A stretch of 64,000 nucleotides of DNA, taken from assembly GCA_035478715.1 (NCBI GenBank), contig DATIJK010000041.1, positions 2,550-66,549 of the forward strand, read 5' to 3'. Both the position numbers and the translations under genes were made by a program. The stretch comes from Candidatus Saccharimonadales bacterium. GTDB lineage: Bacteria; Patescibacteriota; Saccharimonadia; Saccharimonadales; UBA4665. The notes beneath the pieces were generated by a model. It saw only the letters and a list, made by a program, of their open reading frames with translations, did not search any database and was not told the DNA's origin. Below, piece after piece: positions 27,308 to 35,042 of the stretch (the first letter of the stretch is position 1; every line of letters starts with the position of its first letter).

Positions 27308-28153
27308 ATGACAGATCCATTTCTACATGACGGACCGTATCCGGGCCCATTTGTCCCAAACCGAATTGCAAGTAGACCTGAAGCAAGTTCTGGTGCATGG
27401 GATGTACAGCGGTTAGTCGGTCATTTATTGACAAGTTCAACAATCGAGTTGGAAGTGTTGCCTAATTACAATCGTGAAGAATTAGATGGATTAGGTATCG
27501 ATCCTTCCGAATATAATGTATTCACAGTTCCCATGGCGAAAACCGAGACTGAAGACGAGCAAAATGGTCGTATCAGTCAACATATCACTGCACTTATTTT
27601 TTCTGGCAGCGAAGCGTTTAGCGTCATTACTTTGAACAGATGGTCGAGCGGTGAAACGGATTCGCCAACAATGCAAATAAATCTAGCAGATATGACCGCC
27701 AAGCCCTTAAGAGCTCGAAGCGGTGGCAAAGATGATGGCATTTGGGTGGATCAAGTGGACGTACTGTTTCATTACGGGCAGACTGGTGAGGCTGAACTGA
27801 TCGGCATATTACAGAAGGACGCGAGACATGAAGAACGATATGTGATCCCAGTCGACGGAGTACATGACGACAGAATAGATTCGGATGTACGATTTACTGT
27901 TGAAAAAATGAACGAATCGCATGTTCTCGTGACTGACTTACCTTCTTGGCATTCCACTTCTGTCGTTGCGCGGCGCAGGTTACGGGCAGAAGAGATCAAT
28001 CCGGAACCTTCAGTCGAAATGCTTGGTTACCCCGATAACGCACTGACCGAACATCCAGATGTTTGGAAAATTGATGCAAGTACAATTGCACGCATCTATG
28101 CAATAAAACAGCGCATTGATGAGCGGGCCTTATCCCGTTCAGCTGATTCTTAA
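27308..28153 (+). CDS. Hypothetical protein
   Basis: 281-aa ORF. TATAAT at 27293-27298, 9 nt before the ATG, with no SD. No domain confidently recognised. Confidence 0.5.
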   Translation: MTDPFLHDGPYPGPFVPNRIASRPEASSGAWDVQRLVGHLLTSSTIELEVLPNYNREELDGLGIDPSEYNVFTVPMAKTETEDEQNGRISQHITALIFSGSEAFSVITLNRWSSGETDSPTMQINLADMTAKPLRARSGGKDDGIWVDQVDVLFHYGQTGEAELIGILQKDARHEERYVIPVDGVHDDRIDSDVRFTVEKMNESHVLVTDLPSWHSTSVVARRRLRAEEINPEPSVEMLGYPDNALTEHPDVWKIDASTIARIYAIKQRIDERALSRSADS

Positions 28154-28200
28154 TAAGTAAAAAAACTTTAAAAGTAATTTGTATAATTGACGTAAGCTGT

Positions 28201-28764
28201 ATGAAGAATTCTAAGTTAGATGTCGATTTACTTGAAAATGGTGATACACGGAATGTCGTTGATAAGTATCGCAATTGGACGAACGAAGCCATCAAAGATG
28301 ATCTAAAACAGCATGCGTTTCCGTTCCATATAGCGATTGAAAATTATCAACACGATTTTAATATCGGTACGATCGTGCGCAATGCCAATGCGTTTAATGC
28401 TGCTGGCGTGCACATCGTGGGCAAGCACAAATGGAACCGGCGTGGCGCAATGGTCACCGATAAATATCTGCAGCTGTACCACCATCCGGACGTAAAGGAT
28501 TTTACTGATTGGACAATATCAGCCGGCCTGCGTGTAATCGGAATAGATAACATTACCGGGAGTGTCGAGCTGCACAAAGCTGACCTGCCGGAAAAAAGCA
28601 TTTTGGTTTTTGGGCAAGAAGGCCCCGGATTGTCGCCAGAAATGCAGGCAATATGCGAAAAAATCATCGGCATAGAACAGTTCGGCTCGACCCGTTCGGT
28701 AAATGTTGGCGTGGCATCTGGAATTATCATGTACCAGTGGGTCTGCCAGCATAAACTTGCTTAA
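28201..28764 (+). CDS. SpoU/TrmH-family RNA 2'-O-methyltransferase
   Basis: NIGTIVRNANAFNAAGVHIVG; LVFGQEGPGLSPEM; IEQFGSTRSVNVGVASGIIMY (SPOUT knot motifs). Confidence 0.8.
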   Translation: MKNSKLDVDLLENGDTRNVVDKYRNWTNEAIKDDLKQHAFPFHIAIENYQHDFNIGTIVRNANAFNAAGVHIVGKHKWNRRGAMVTDKYLQLYHHPDVKDFTDWTISAGLRVIGIDNITGSVELHKADLPEKSILVFGQEGPGLSPEMQAICEKIIGIEQFGSTRSVNVGVASGIIMYQWVCQHKLA

Positions 28765-28769
28765 GCGAT

Positions 28770-28799
28770 TTGACAACGTTACTATGATTGCCATATAGT
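28770..28799 (+). promoter_or_regulatory. Sigma-70-type promoter for the His-rich gene
   Basis: TTGACA (28770-28775), 18-nt spacer, TATAGT (28794-28799). AGGAG RBS at about 28830. Confidence 0.55.
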
Positions 28800-28842
28800 T
28801 AAAGTCACAAAAGTGTGAAAATAAATAATAGGAGAAATAAAA

Positions 28843-29235
28843 ATGCAAGACGATCACCACGACGACCATCACGATGAGCACGAAGAACATCATGAACATC
28901 ACGATGGGCACCATGATGCACATCATGATGCACACCACGACCAGCACCACGGCGCGCACGCGAGCCATCATCTGCTGTCAGCACACCATGTCAGCCATCT
29001 GCATGCGCTAGAGCTCGAAATCAAAGCAGCGCTTGCGCTCGCCAGCGACCACTTGCACAATCACCAAACGCAAGCGGTTCACGACACGGATCACCATTTG
29101 CACGAACACCACCAACACCTCGTCCACTTGCTGCATCAGGTCCACAGTCATCTGCACGAAGCACACCACTTATTGGTAAGCAGCGTTGAGCATCACGAGC
29201 ACGAAGAGCACCATCAGTTTTCCGAAGCAGTCTAG
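28843..29235 (+). CDS. Histidine-rich protein (about 46 His in 130 aa by my count)
   Basis: MQDDHHDDHHDEHEEHHEHHDGHHDAHHDAHHDQHH...EHHEHEEHHQFSEAV. Strong promoter and RBS. CAC and CAT codons are mixed and the sequence is not a simple nucleotide repeat. Confidence 0.7.
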   Translation: MQDDHHDDHHDEHEEHHEHHDGHHDAHHDAHHDQHHGAHASHHLLSAHHVSHLHALELEIKAALALASDHLHNHQTQAVHDTDHHLHEHHQHLVHLLHQVHSHLHEAHHLLVSSVEHHEHEEHHQFSEAV

Positions 29236-29423
29236 TAGACTCAGCCAAGATACACAAATATTTCTAGATTCCATCATCCCTGAACAGCGCGGGATCTAGC
29301 GATGCATATAAAGTATTTTGCTAGATTCCTGTCAGTTCGGGATTAATGGCCAATCTGAAAATGAAAGTCTTTCGTTTTAGCTCATACATTCCATATGTAT
29401 TGAATTGCGAAAGACTCTGTTAG

Positions 29424-29452
29424 TTGTAAAAACTTCGGTAATACGCTATATT
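29424..29452 (+). promoter_or_regulatory. Candidate promoter for tRNA-Val
   Basis: TTGTAA, 17-nt spacer, TATATT, ending about 20 nt before the tRNA 5' end. Confidence 0.45.
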
Positions 29453-29471
29453 TACTCTAATCAATTGACCC

Positions 29472-29548
29472 GGGCGCTTAGCTCAGTTGGCTAGAGCACC
29501 TCGTTTACACCGAGGGGGTCGGGGGTTCGAGCCCCTCAGCGCCCACCA
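29472..29548 (+). tRNA. tRNA-Val (anticodon TAC), CCA encoded
   Basis: Acceptor GGGCGCT/AGCGCCC, D-arm GCTC-AGTTGGCTA-GAGC, anticodon stem CCTCG/CGAGG with loop TTTACAC, T-arm GGGGG-TTCGAGC-CCCTC. Confidence 0.9.
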
Positions 29549-29556
29549 CTTAAAAT

Positions 29557-29578
29557 CCCCACTTCGTGTGGGGTTTTT
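29557..29578 (+). terminator. Intrinsic terminator after tRNA-Val
   Basis: CCCCAC-TTCGT-GTGGGG followed by TTTTT. Confidence 0.7.
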
Positions 29579-29590
29579 AAGTGGTTGTTG

Positions 29591-29710
29591 CCCGGGTTCG
29601 AACTCACGACCACCGGGGTCGGGGTGAGACCCGCCAGTGGCGGGTCGCAAGGCAATCTTCCGGAGCAAGCTTGCTTGCTGCCGTGAAGTTGCGAGCCTGC
29701 CGGAGGCAGG
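29591..29710. ncRNA. GC-rich multi-hairpin segment of unknown identity (candidate structured RNA or relic)
   Basis: About 67% GC by my count in an otherwise moderate-GC region. Perfect hairpins: GACCCGCC-AGT-GGCGGGTC (29628-29646), GCAAGC-TT-GCTTGC (29665-29678, nested in GGCA/TGCC and GCAA/TTGC helices) and CCTGCC-GGA-GGCAGG (29696-29710). Confidence 0.3.
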
Positions 29711-29732
29711 TCGAGCCCCTCAGCGCCCACCA
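29711..29732 (+). repeat. Exact 22-nt copy of the tRNA-Val 3' end (TCGAGCCCCTCAGCGCCCACCA)
   Basis: Identical to 29527-29548. No matching 5' acceptor strand or D/anticodon arms upstream, so it is a fragment and not a second tRNA. Confidence 0.9.
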
Positions 29733-29840
29733 TTCGACTCGCTTTGCTCGCTCATGGTAAACAACGAGTAAGAAAGGCGAGTTTTTGATTACTGCGTTAG
29801 TATTATGTGTGTCGAATGACCTTGAGCTTGTCGAAGGGCC
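29733..29840 (+). repeat. CCA-abutting element, copy A (about 108 nt)
   Basis: Starts right after CCA. Shares with copy B (55658-55776) the motifs TCGA(C/T)TCG, C(G/A)CTCATGGTAAAC, GACC(T/C)TGAGC and GTCGAAGGGCC. Its termini can pair (TTCGAC/GTCGAA; CTCATGGT/ACCTTGAG). Confidence 0.55.
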
Positions 29841-29915
29841 CTAAACAATCCCTACTTTGTGTGGGTTCTCACAATCAAAAGTAAATAACGATAATTCGGA
29901 TGGTACAATCACTGT

Positions 29916-30902
29916 ATGGATGAAACTAAAAAAATATCTCTTTTTTACACAACGTTAAATGTCCCGCTGCCGGATTTCATTTATGACGGTATCCGAGAAT
30001 TCTCCAAAAATGCGAACAGCTACCAGCCGCAGCCCTCGAAATTGGTGGACAGTTTAGCAGAGCGGCACAATGTTTCGAGGGATAGGATTTTCATAACAGC
30101 GGGAGCCGATGAAGCAATCCAATTATTAGCCATGGCATATGGCAAAAGCACATACTATTACACACCGACATATATCGGCTATCAGGATACCGAAAACATT
30201 GGCGCTACGGTACATCCGATAAATGCGATGCACGACGGTGAATATGCAATAAACACTGCAAGAATTGATGATGCGTCGTTGATTTATCTCGCCAACCCCA
30301 ACAACCCATTTGGGTTTACGCCGCGTGACAAAGTAGTGGACTTAGTTAAAAATAACCCGCAAGCAATCGTCGTCAGCGATGAAGTGTATGATAGTTTCGC
30401 GCCAGAATTATCTGTACTTGGTGAGCTTTCCGAATACCCCAACTTGGTCATTTTGCGGAGTTTTTCAAAAGGATTCGGCATGGCCGGAAACAGAATCGGT
30501 TACATGATTGCCAGCCCCCACATTGTTGAGCAAATCAGGTTAAAATCGCCTTTATCCAGCACGTCATATCTCTCAGTCGGGGCGGCTTTGGCGGCATTGG
30601 ATCACGAGCAATACTTTAAAGACGCCATCGACGAAATCAAGCGCACTCGTGAAACGTTCACGGCATTTCTAAAAAGCAAAGGCCGCGCGGTACTGCCAGG
30701 ACTCATCAATGCGGTGTTAATCAAGTTTCCAGATGAAAATTCGGCGGCAAAATTTTTGCAACATTTAAATGATAATAACTTTATCGTCCGCCAAGGCGGC
30801 AGCGGCCGCAATGCCGGATTGGACGATACATTTGTAAGAATTACAATCGGTACGCCGGATGAAATGAGGATGGCAACGGAAGTGATCGAACGCTACGAAT
30901 AA
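29916..30902 (+). CDS. Class I/II PLP-dependent aminotransferase (HisC/CobD-like, short form)
   Basis: NPNNPFG, DEVY and the PLP-lysine box SFSKGFGMAGNRIGY. Confidence 0.75.
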   Translation: MDETKKISLFYTTLNVPLPDFIYDGIREFSKNANSYQPQPSKLVDSLAERHNVSRDRIFITAGADEAIQLLAMAYGKSTYYYTPTYIGYQDTENIGATVHPINAMHDGEYAINTARIDDASLIYLANPNNPFGFTPRDKVVDLVKNNPQAIVVSDEVYDSFAPELSVLGELSEYPNLVILRSFSKGFGMAGNRIGYMIASPHIVEQIRLKSPLSSTSYLSVGAALAALDHEQYFKDAIDEIKRTRETFTAFLKSKGRAVLPGLINAVLIKFPDENSAAKFLQHLNDNNFIVRQGGSGRNAGLDDTFVRITIGTPDEMRMATEVIERYE

Positions 30903-30969
30903 TTTATAAATATTGTTAACCGTTAACTTTGATCGGATGAATCGCTAGTGACAAAACTTTGCGAAGTCT

Positions 30970-32088
30970 CTATATGATGTGCGACCTAGCTTTCTTTAAC
31001 AGTTTTATGGCGAAAAATGCCACCGTAAGATTCACTGCTACGAGTACGGCTAGATCACGCGCAAGGTGGTTAGTGGATTCATAAAAGACTGCCATTTGAA
31101 TCGCATGATTGGCGTATGATAACGGGACGAACGCTGCAATATTTTGCAGCCATTCCGGCTCGAAAGCGAGCACGCCGACACCGCCCGCTAAAAAGAATAG
31201 CGGCAAAGCGGTATTTGTCGAAAGGGCGTGTGCAGATTGAATTTTTTTGACGCCGACGCCGACCATCAATCCGGTGCTAGACGCCAGTAGCGCGGTTAAA
31301 AAAAGTACGGCGAACGCAATAAGCGAATAATTCCATGCAGGCAAGGATATCCATTTGAATAGAACACAGATCAGTACTTCCAATAGCCCTGAACCTAGTC
31401 CGATTATAAGCCCTGCAAGTATGATGCCAAGCGCAATAGATTTATCGCCCACCGGCGAAACGAGAACTTCCTTTACCGTCCTGGATTCGAACTCCCGGGC
31501 AGTACTCACTGCCGTGTTGACAAGGCCGGCAATCAGTACCATGAGTATCAAAATTGGCGCAACCTCATATTGGTAGAGCTGTATATCCCGCTGGCGCACA
31601 TCTTTTTCCTGCATAGTCACCTTAATTGGGCTCGCGGCTCCCTCTTGATTATAAAATTCAGTAATCGCCGTCGGCATTGAACGCCGGACATCATTGGTAA
31701 AATCCAAATTCAGATTGTTCACTTCGTATGTGACAGGTGACGGTTCGTGTTGGAGATATGTATTTGTAAAATCTGCGGGGATGGTTACAACAGCCGCTAC
31801 CCGCAAACCGTGTATCAAGTTGTTTGCTTCTATTGGGTTTGCATCGACCACACGGAACACATCAGATTGGTGAATGACTTGCGCCAAACGTGCTCCTTGC
31901 GGTCCCTTGTCTAGATTGACGAGGGCGACGCGGCTATGGGAGACTGATGCTGCTGCCAAAAAACCAGCTAACAAGAATGCTATTGGCGGGAGCAATGAAG
32001 CCGCCATTAATGATCTGTTGTGAAGCCAGACGTTCAATGTATTGCGGCTAATGGCCCAAAGCGGGCGGAAATTAAATCTCCAATGCAT
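30970..32088 (-). CDS. ABC-2-type transporter permease
   Basis: N-terminal TM, large extracytoplasmic loop, then five C-terminal TM helices. Downstream of the ATPase and a paralogous permease. Confidence 0.75.
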   Translation of the reverse strand: MHWRFNFRPLWAISRNTLNVWLHNRSLMAASLLPPIAFLLAGFLAAASVSHSRVALVNLDKGPQGARLAQVIHQSDVFRVVDANPIEANNLIHGLRVAAVVTIPADFTNTYLQHEPSPVTYEVNNLNLDFTNDVRRSMPTAITEFYNQEGAASPIKVTMQEKDVRQRDIQLYQYEVAPILILMVLIAGLVNTAVSTAREFESRTVKEVLVSPVGDKSIALGIILAGLIIGLGSGLLEVLICVLFKWISLPAWNYSLIAFAVLFLTALLASSTGLMVGVGVKKIQSAHALSTNTALPLFFLAGGVGVLAFEPEWLQNIAAFVPLSYANHAIQMAVFYESTNHLARDLAVLVAVNLTVAFFAIKLLKKARSHII

Positions 32089-32092
32089 AGAC

Positions 32093-33202
32093 TTAGCTCA
32101 CCACCCGTTTATGCAATACATACATTGCAGAGCAGATAAAAGCTACCGCGAAAAATACCAGTATGATCACGTTATATCCGCCAGCTGTATTTGTACTGAA
32201 ATTGTGGAATGCGTGCTGTTCGCCGGTAATTGCATAGGCGAGCGGCGAAATCCGTGAGATATATTCAATCGCAGGTGTGCTGAATGACGGCGGACCAAGT
32301 GGACCGCTCACAAAAAAAGTAAATAAAGATGACCCAAGCACAATAGTCGTAATAAGCCGCCGCTGCTTGACGACTGTTCCGATCAGAGTACCGAGCGCGC
32401 AAAATATTAACAGCGTCAGCAATACGTACAAGAACATCTCCCCTATATGAATGGGTGGAGAATGAAGCGGAATTATTAAAGCTAACAAGACGACGAACGC
32501 GGATGCGAGCGCAACGATGAACGCTCCAATTAGCTTTCCTGCGACAATAGACCATCGTGATGCAGGTGAAAGCAGCAATTCTTTCATCGTTCCTAACTCC
32601 CACTCTCTGGCCCACGATGTGCCGCTTTGAATAGCGCCGCCAATCGCGATTGCTAGTACCAGGATTGATACACCTATGTAGGAAATATAGTCCGTATCTT
32701 TGGCGTACCAATCTTTTTCAATCGGCACAATGGTGACTGTCGTAGGCTCCGCTTGCGCATAAAAGTTCGTAATCGATGTCGGAACGGCGCGCCGGATATC
32801 CTCGGTAAAATCAGTGTTGAGGTTATTAATTTGAACCGGGATATTGATGGGCTCATTTGCGTCGACTTTTGCATCGAATTGCTGCGGGATAGTCACGACC
32901 GCTACTATTTTGCCGGCTGTCAGCATCTTGTCAGCTTCCGACGCGCTAGTCTGCTCCAGTTTAAATGAATTCGCATGCTGCATTGCACTATATAACTGCT
33001 GGGCATGATAGCCCTGGTCAAGCATGACGACTGCGGTCGGTGCATGGTCCGAGGGAAGTACGAAAATTATAAACAAGAATAAATACTGCAGCGGAATCAC
33101 GAATAACGTGATTAAAAATATGCGCTCGGTCAGGCTTGTCAAAAGATCTTTCTTGGCGCAGGCCCACATTATTCTCAAGTTATCAAATAATTTCATGCGC
33201 AT
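32093..33202 (-). CDS. ABC-2-type transporter permease (paralog)
   Basis: Same architecture as 30970..32088. 4-bp gap to the next gene. Confidence 0.75.
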   Translation of the reverse strand: MRMKLFDNLRIMWACAKKDLLTSLTERIFLITLFVIPLQYLFLFIIFVLPSDHAPTAVVMLDQGYHAQQLYSAMQHANSFKLEQTSASEADKMLTAGKIVAVVTIPQQFDAKVDANEPINIPVQINNLNTDFTEDIRRAVPTSITNFYAQAEPTTVTIVPIEKDWYAKDTDYISYIGVSILVLAIAIGGAIQSGTSWAREWELGTMKELLLSPASRWSIVAGKLIGAFIVALASAFVVLLALIIPLHSPPIHIGEMFLYVLLTLLIFCALGTLIGTVVKQRRLITTIVLGSSLFTFFVSGPLGPPSFSTPAIEYISRISPLAYAITGEQHAFHNFSTNTAGGYNVIILVFFAVAFICSAMYVLHKRVVS

Positions 33203-33213
33203 CCCGCAATATG

Positions 33214-34248
33214 TTAATCACGCAGTGCTTTACCTGTTAATTTTAAGAATATCTCGTCGAGATTTGACTCGCGCATGGAAATATTGCGGATCCCACCTTG
33301 TCTTGAAACGATGTTAACGATTGCAGTGATCAATTCGTCCTGGCCTTTGCTGGATATCTTTAGCTTTGATCCGTCCGCTTCAAGGTAAATGTTTTTATTC
33401 AAAGGCTTCAAAGCGGCAATCGCTAACTCCGGGTGGACGGTATCAATTTCTATGATGCTGCCGCCATACAATTCTTTCAGCCGTGCCGTGGTTTCTACGG
33501 TTATCAGGTGGCCGTGGTCAATGATCGCCAACCGGTCGCACAGGGCTTCGGCTTCTTCCAGGTAGTTTGTGGTAATGAGGACCGTTTTTCCCTGGCCGCG
33601 GAGTTTTCGGATGTATTCCCAAATAACATTTCTGGCCTGCACGTCAACGCCGATGGTCGGTTCATCAAGATAAATAAGCTTGGGGTCATGCAATAATGCG
33701 CGTGCGATGGCTAAACGGCGTTTCATGCCGCCGGAAAATGTCTTGACGATATTGTCTTTATGGTCAAGTAACTGCACCAACGCAAGTAACGCAGTAATAC
33801 GCTGGGATTTTTCTTTGCGTGGCACACTGAAAATGTCTGCGTGAAAGTCCATGTTCTGCCAAGCCGACAACTCTTCGTACAGCGCGGTTTCTTGCGGTAC
33901 GAAACCTAAGACGCTGCGAACCTGCCGGGGATTCCGGGCGATATTTTGCCCCATGATCGTAACTTCGCCGCTCGTCGGCTTACTGAGCCCGCTGATCATA
34001 TTGATGGTTGTGGTCTTACCCGAACCGTTGGGTCCCAGCAGCCCGAACACTTCGCCTTGCACTAAGTTCAACGACAGATTATTAACTGCAGCAACTTTTC
34101 CGAAACGCTTAGTCAAGTTTTTTATATCGACAACAATCGACGATTGGCTAGGCGGAGTCGGCTGTTGTGGAGGTGTGGTGTGCGCTTGCGGTGAAGGGGT
34201 TGTATCGTTGTTAGATTGGCTAAGTTTGGGAATGGGCTGATCATTCAT
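33214..34248 (-). CDS. ABC transporter ATP-binding protein (DrrA/CcmA-like) with Pro/Gln/Thr-rich N-terminal extension
   Basis: Walker A GPNGSGKTT, signature FSGGMKRRLAIARA, Walker B LIYLDEPTIGVD. Confidence 0.9.
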   Translation of the reverse strand: MNDQPIPKLSQSNNDTTPSPQAHTTPPQQPTPPSQSSIVVDIKNLTKRFGKVAAVNNLSLNLVQGEVFGLLGPNGSGKTTTINMISGLSKPTSGEVTIMGQNIARNPRQVRSVLGFVPQETALYEELSAWQNMDFHADIFSVPRKEKSQRITALLALVQLLDHKDNIVKTFSGGMKRRLAIARALLHDPKLIYLDEPTIGVDVQARNVIWEYIRKLRGQGKTVLITTNYLEEAEALCDRLAIIDHGHLITVETTARLKELYGGSIIEIDTVHPELAIAALKPLNKNIYLEADGSKLKISSKGQDELITAIVNIVSRQGGIRNISMRESNLDEIFLKLTGKALRD

Positions 34249-34423
34249 TGCGATGTAATAGTAAACCTAAAGTAGTAAATGCTAATGTGTGTTTTAAAAA
34301 CATAACTGGTTATAAGTATATAGTAACCGTTGCTGAAACCTAGGTCATTCGAGACTAAAAGCCGATTTTTATTTTCGTACTGGATTATTGCTCGTAATCC
34401 TTGTTATCATACTCAATTATCAA

Positions 34424-34933
34424 ATGGGGATTATGATGGTAGCGACGTTAAAAAAATCGGTTTATATCTCTGGGGCGCTAACTGATATGTCAGAAGCTGA
34501 GCGTGCGGAACTTCGGGCTTTTTATGATGACATCGGTAATGTTTGTAAAGAATATGGATTCGAACCGTATAGCCCGCATGTGTATGGCGATCCCAAAAAT
34601 GTAGCGCATCTGAACCCGACGGAAATCGACCGGATCGACCGGCTGGCCGTGACCCAATCATACTTAGTTGTCGCATATGTTGGCGTACCGTCGCTTGGCG
34701 TCGGAATAGAAGTTGAACTTGCCCACCATTCCGATAAACCGGTTGTTTTGCTGTATGAAAATGAGAAATTCGCACAGCGCCGGATTTCAAGGATTGTCCG
34801 CGGCAATCCGGCGGTAATCCGCGAAATTGCATTCAGTGATTATGCCGATGCGTGCAAACAACTTCGCGCGTTCCTGGCCGAATTCAAGAAAATGATAAGA
34901 AGCGAACCGCTCCCCCCGCCACTGAGAGTTTAG
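34424..34933 (+). CDS. Nucleoside 2-deoxyribosyltransferase-like fold protein
   Basis: VYISGALT..(spacer)..DRIDRLAVTQSYLVVAYVGVPSLGVGIEVELAHHSDKPVVLLYE reproduces the NDT/Rcl layout (Rossmann-like start, conserved Glu in G-x-E-x-x-A). Start ambiguous (34424/34433/34436). Confidence 0.5.
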   Translation: MGIMMVATLKKSVYISGALTDMSEAERAELRAFYDDIGNVCKEYGFEPYSPHVYGDPKNVAHLNPTEIDRIDRLAVTQSYLVVAYVGVPSLGVGIEVELAHHSDKPVVLLYENEKFAQRRISRIVRGNPAVIREIAFSDYADACKQLRAFLAEFKKMIRSEPLPPPLRV

Positions 34934-35042
34934 TTTATACTTTGAAGTAATATTGTCGACAGTAATACCTCTAATAGGTTAATCAAATGCATAGAATTAC
35001 GAAACTCATGTATTGACCCAGATTAACATAAAGGAATATGAT

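Noticed and set aside
28519-28971. Minus-strand 150-aa ORF rich in Val/Met/Ile opposite the His-rich gene
   Set aside because: It is the mirror image of CAC/CAT/GAC-rich coding sequence (GTG/ATG/GTC codons). It overlaps the SpoU 3' end and has no start context, whereas the plus-strand gene has a strong promoter and RBS.
29483-29733. Minus-strand ORFs 29483..29668 and 29536..29733 (61 and 65 aa)
   Set aside because: They read antisense through tRNA-Val, its terminator and the hairpin-rich segment. Their Gly/Pro/Arg-rich composition is what GC-rich structured DNA gives when translated.
29751-29780. Mini-ORFs starting at the conserved ATG of CTCATGGTAAAC in both element copies (MVNNE*, MVNQLDL*), and minus-strand MSE... 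ORFs starting at the reverse complement
   Set aside because: The peptides differ in length and sequence. The tail blocks differ by an indel that shifts the frame. The minus-strand frames run antisense into the tRNAs. Conservation is at the nucleotide-block level, not the codon level.
29581-29915. Possibility that the GC-rich segment ending in a tRNA-like ...CCA is tmRNA (standard or two-piece/permuted ssrA)
   Set aside because: No strand able to pair with the 3' acceptor half AGCGCCC (pattern GGG[CT]G[CT]T) occurs upstream between 29549 and 29710 or downstream before 29916. No tag-like reading frame ending in ALAA-type residues is visible. The T-arm 5' strand is missing.
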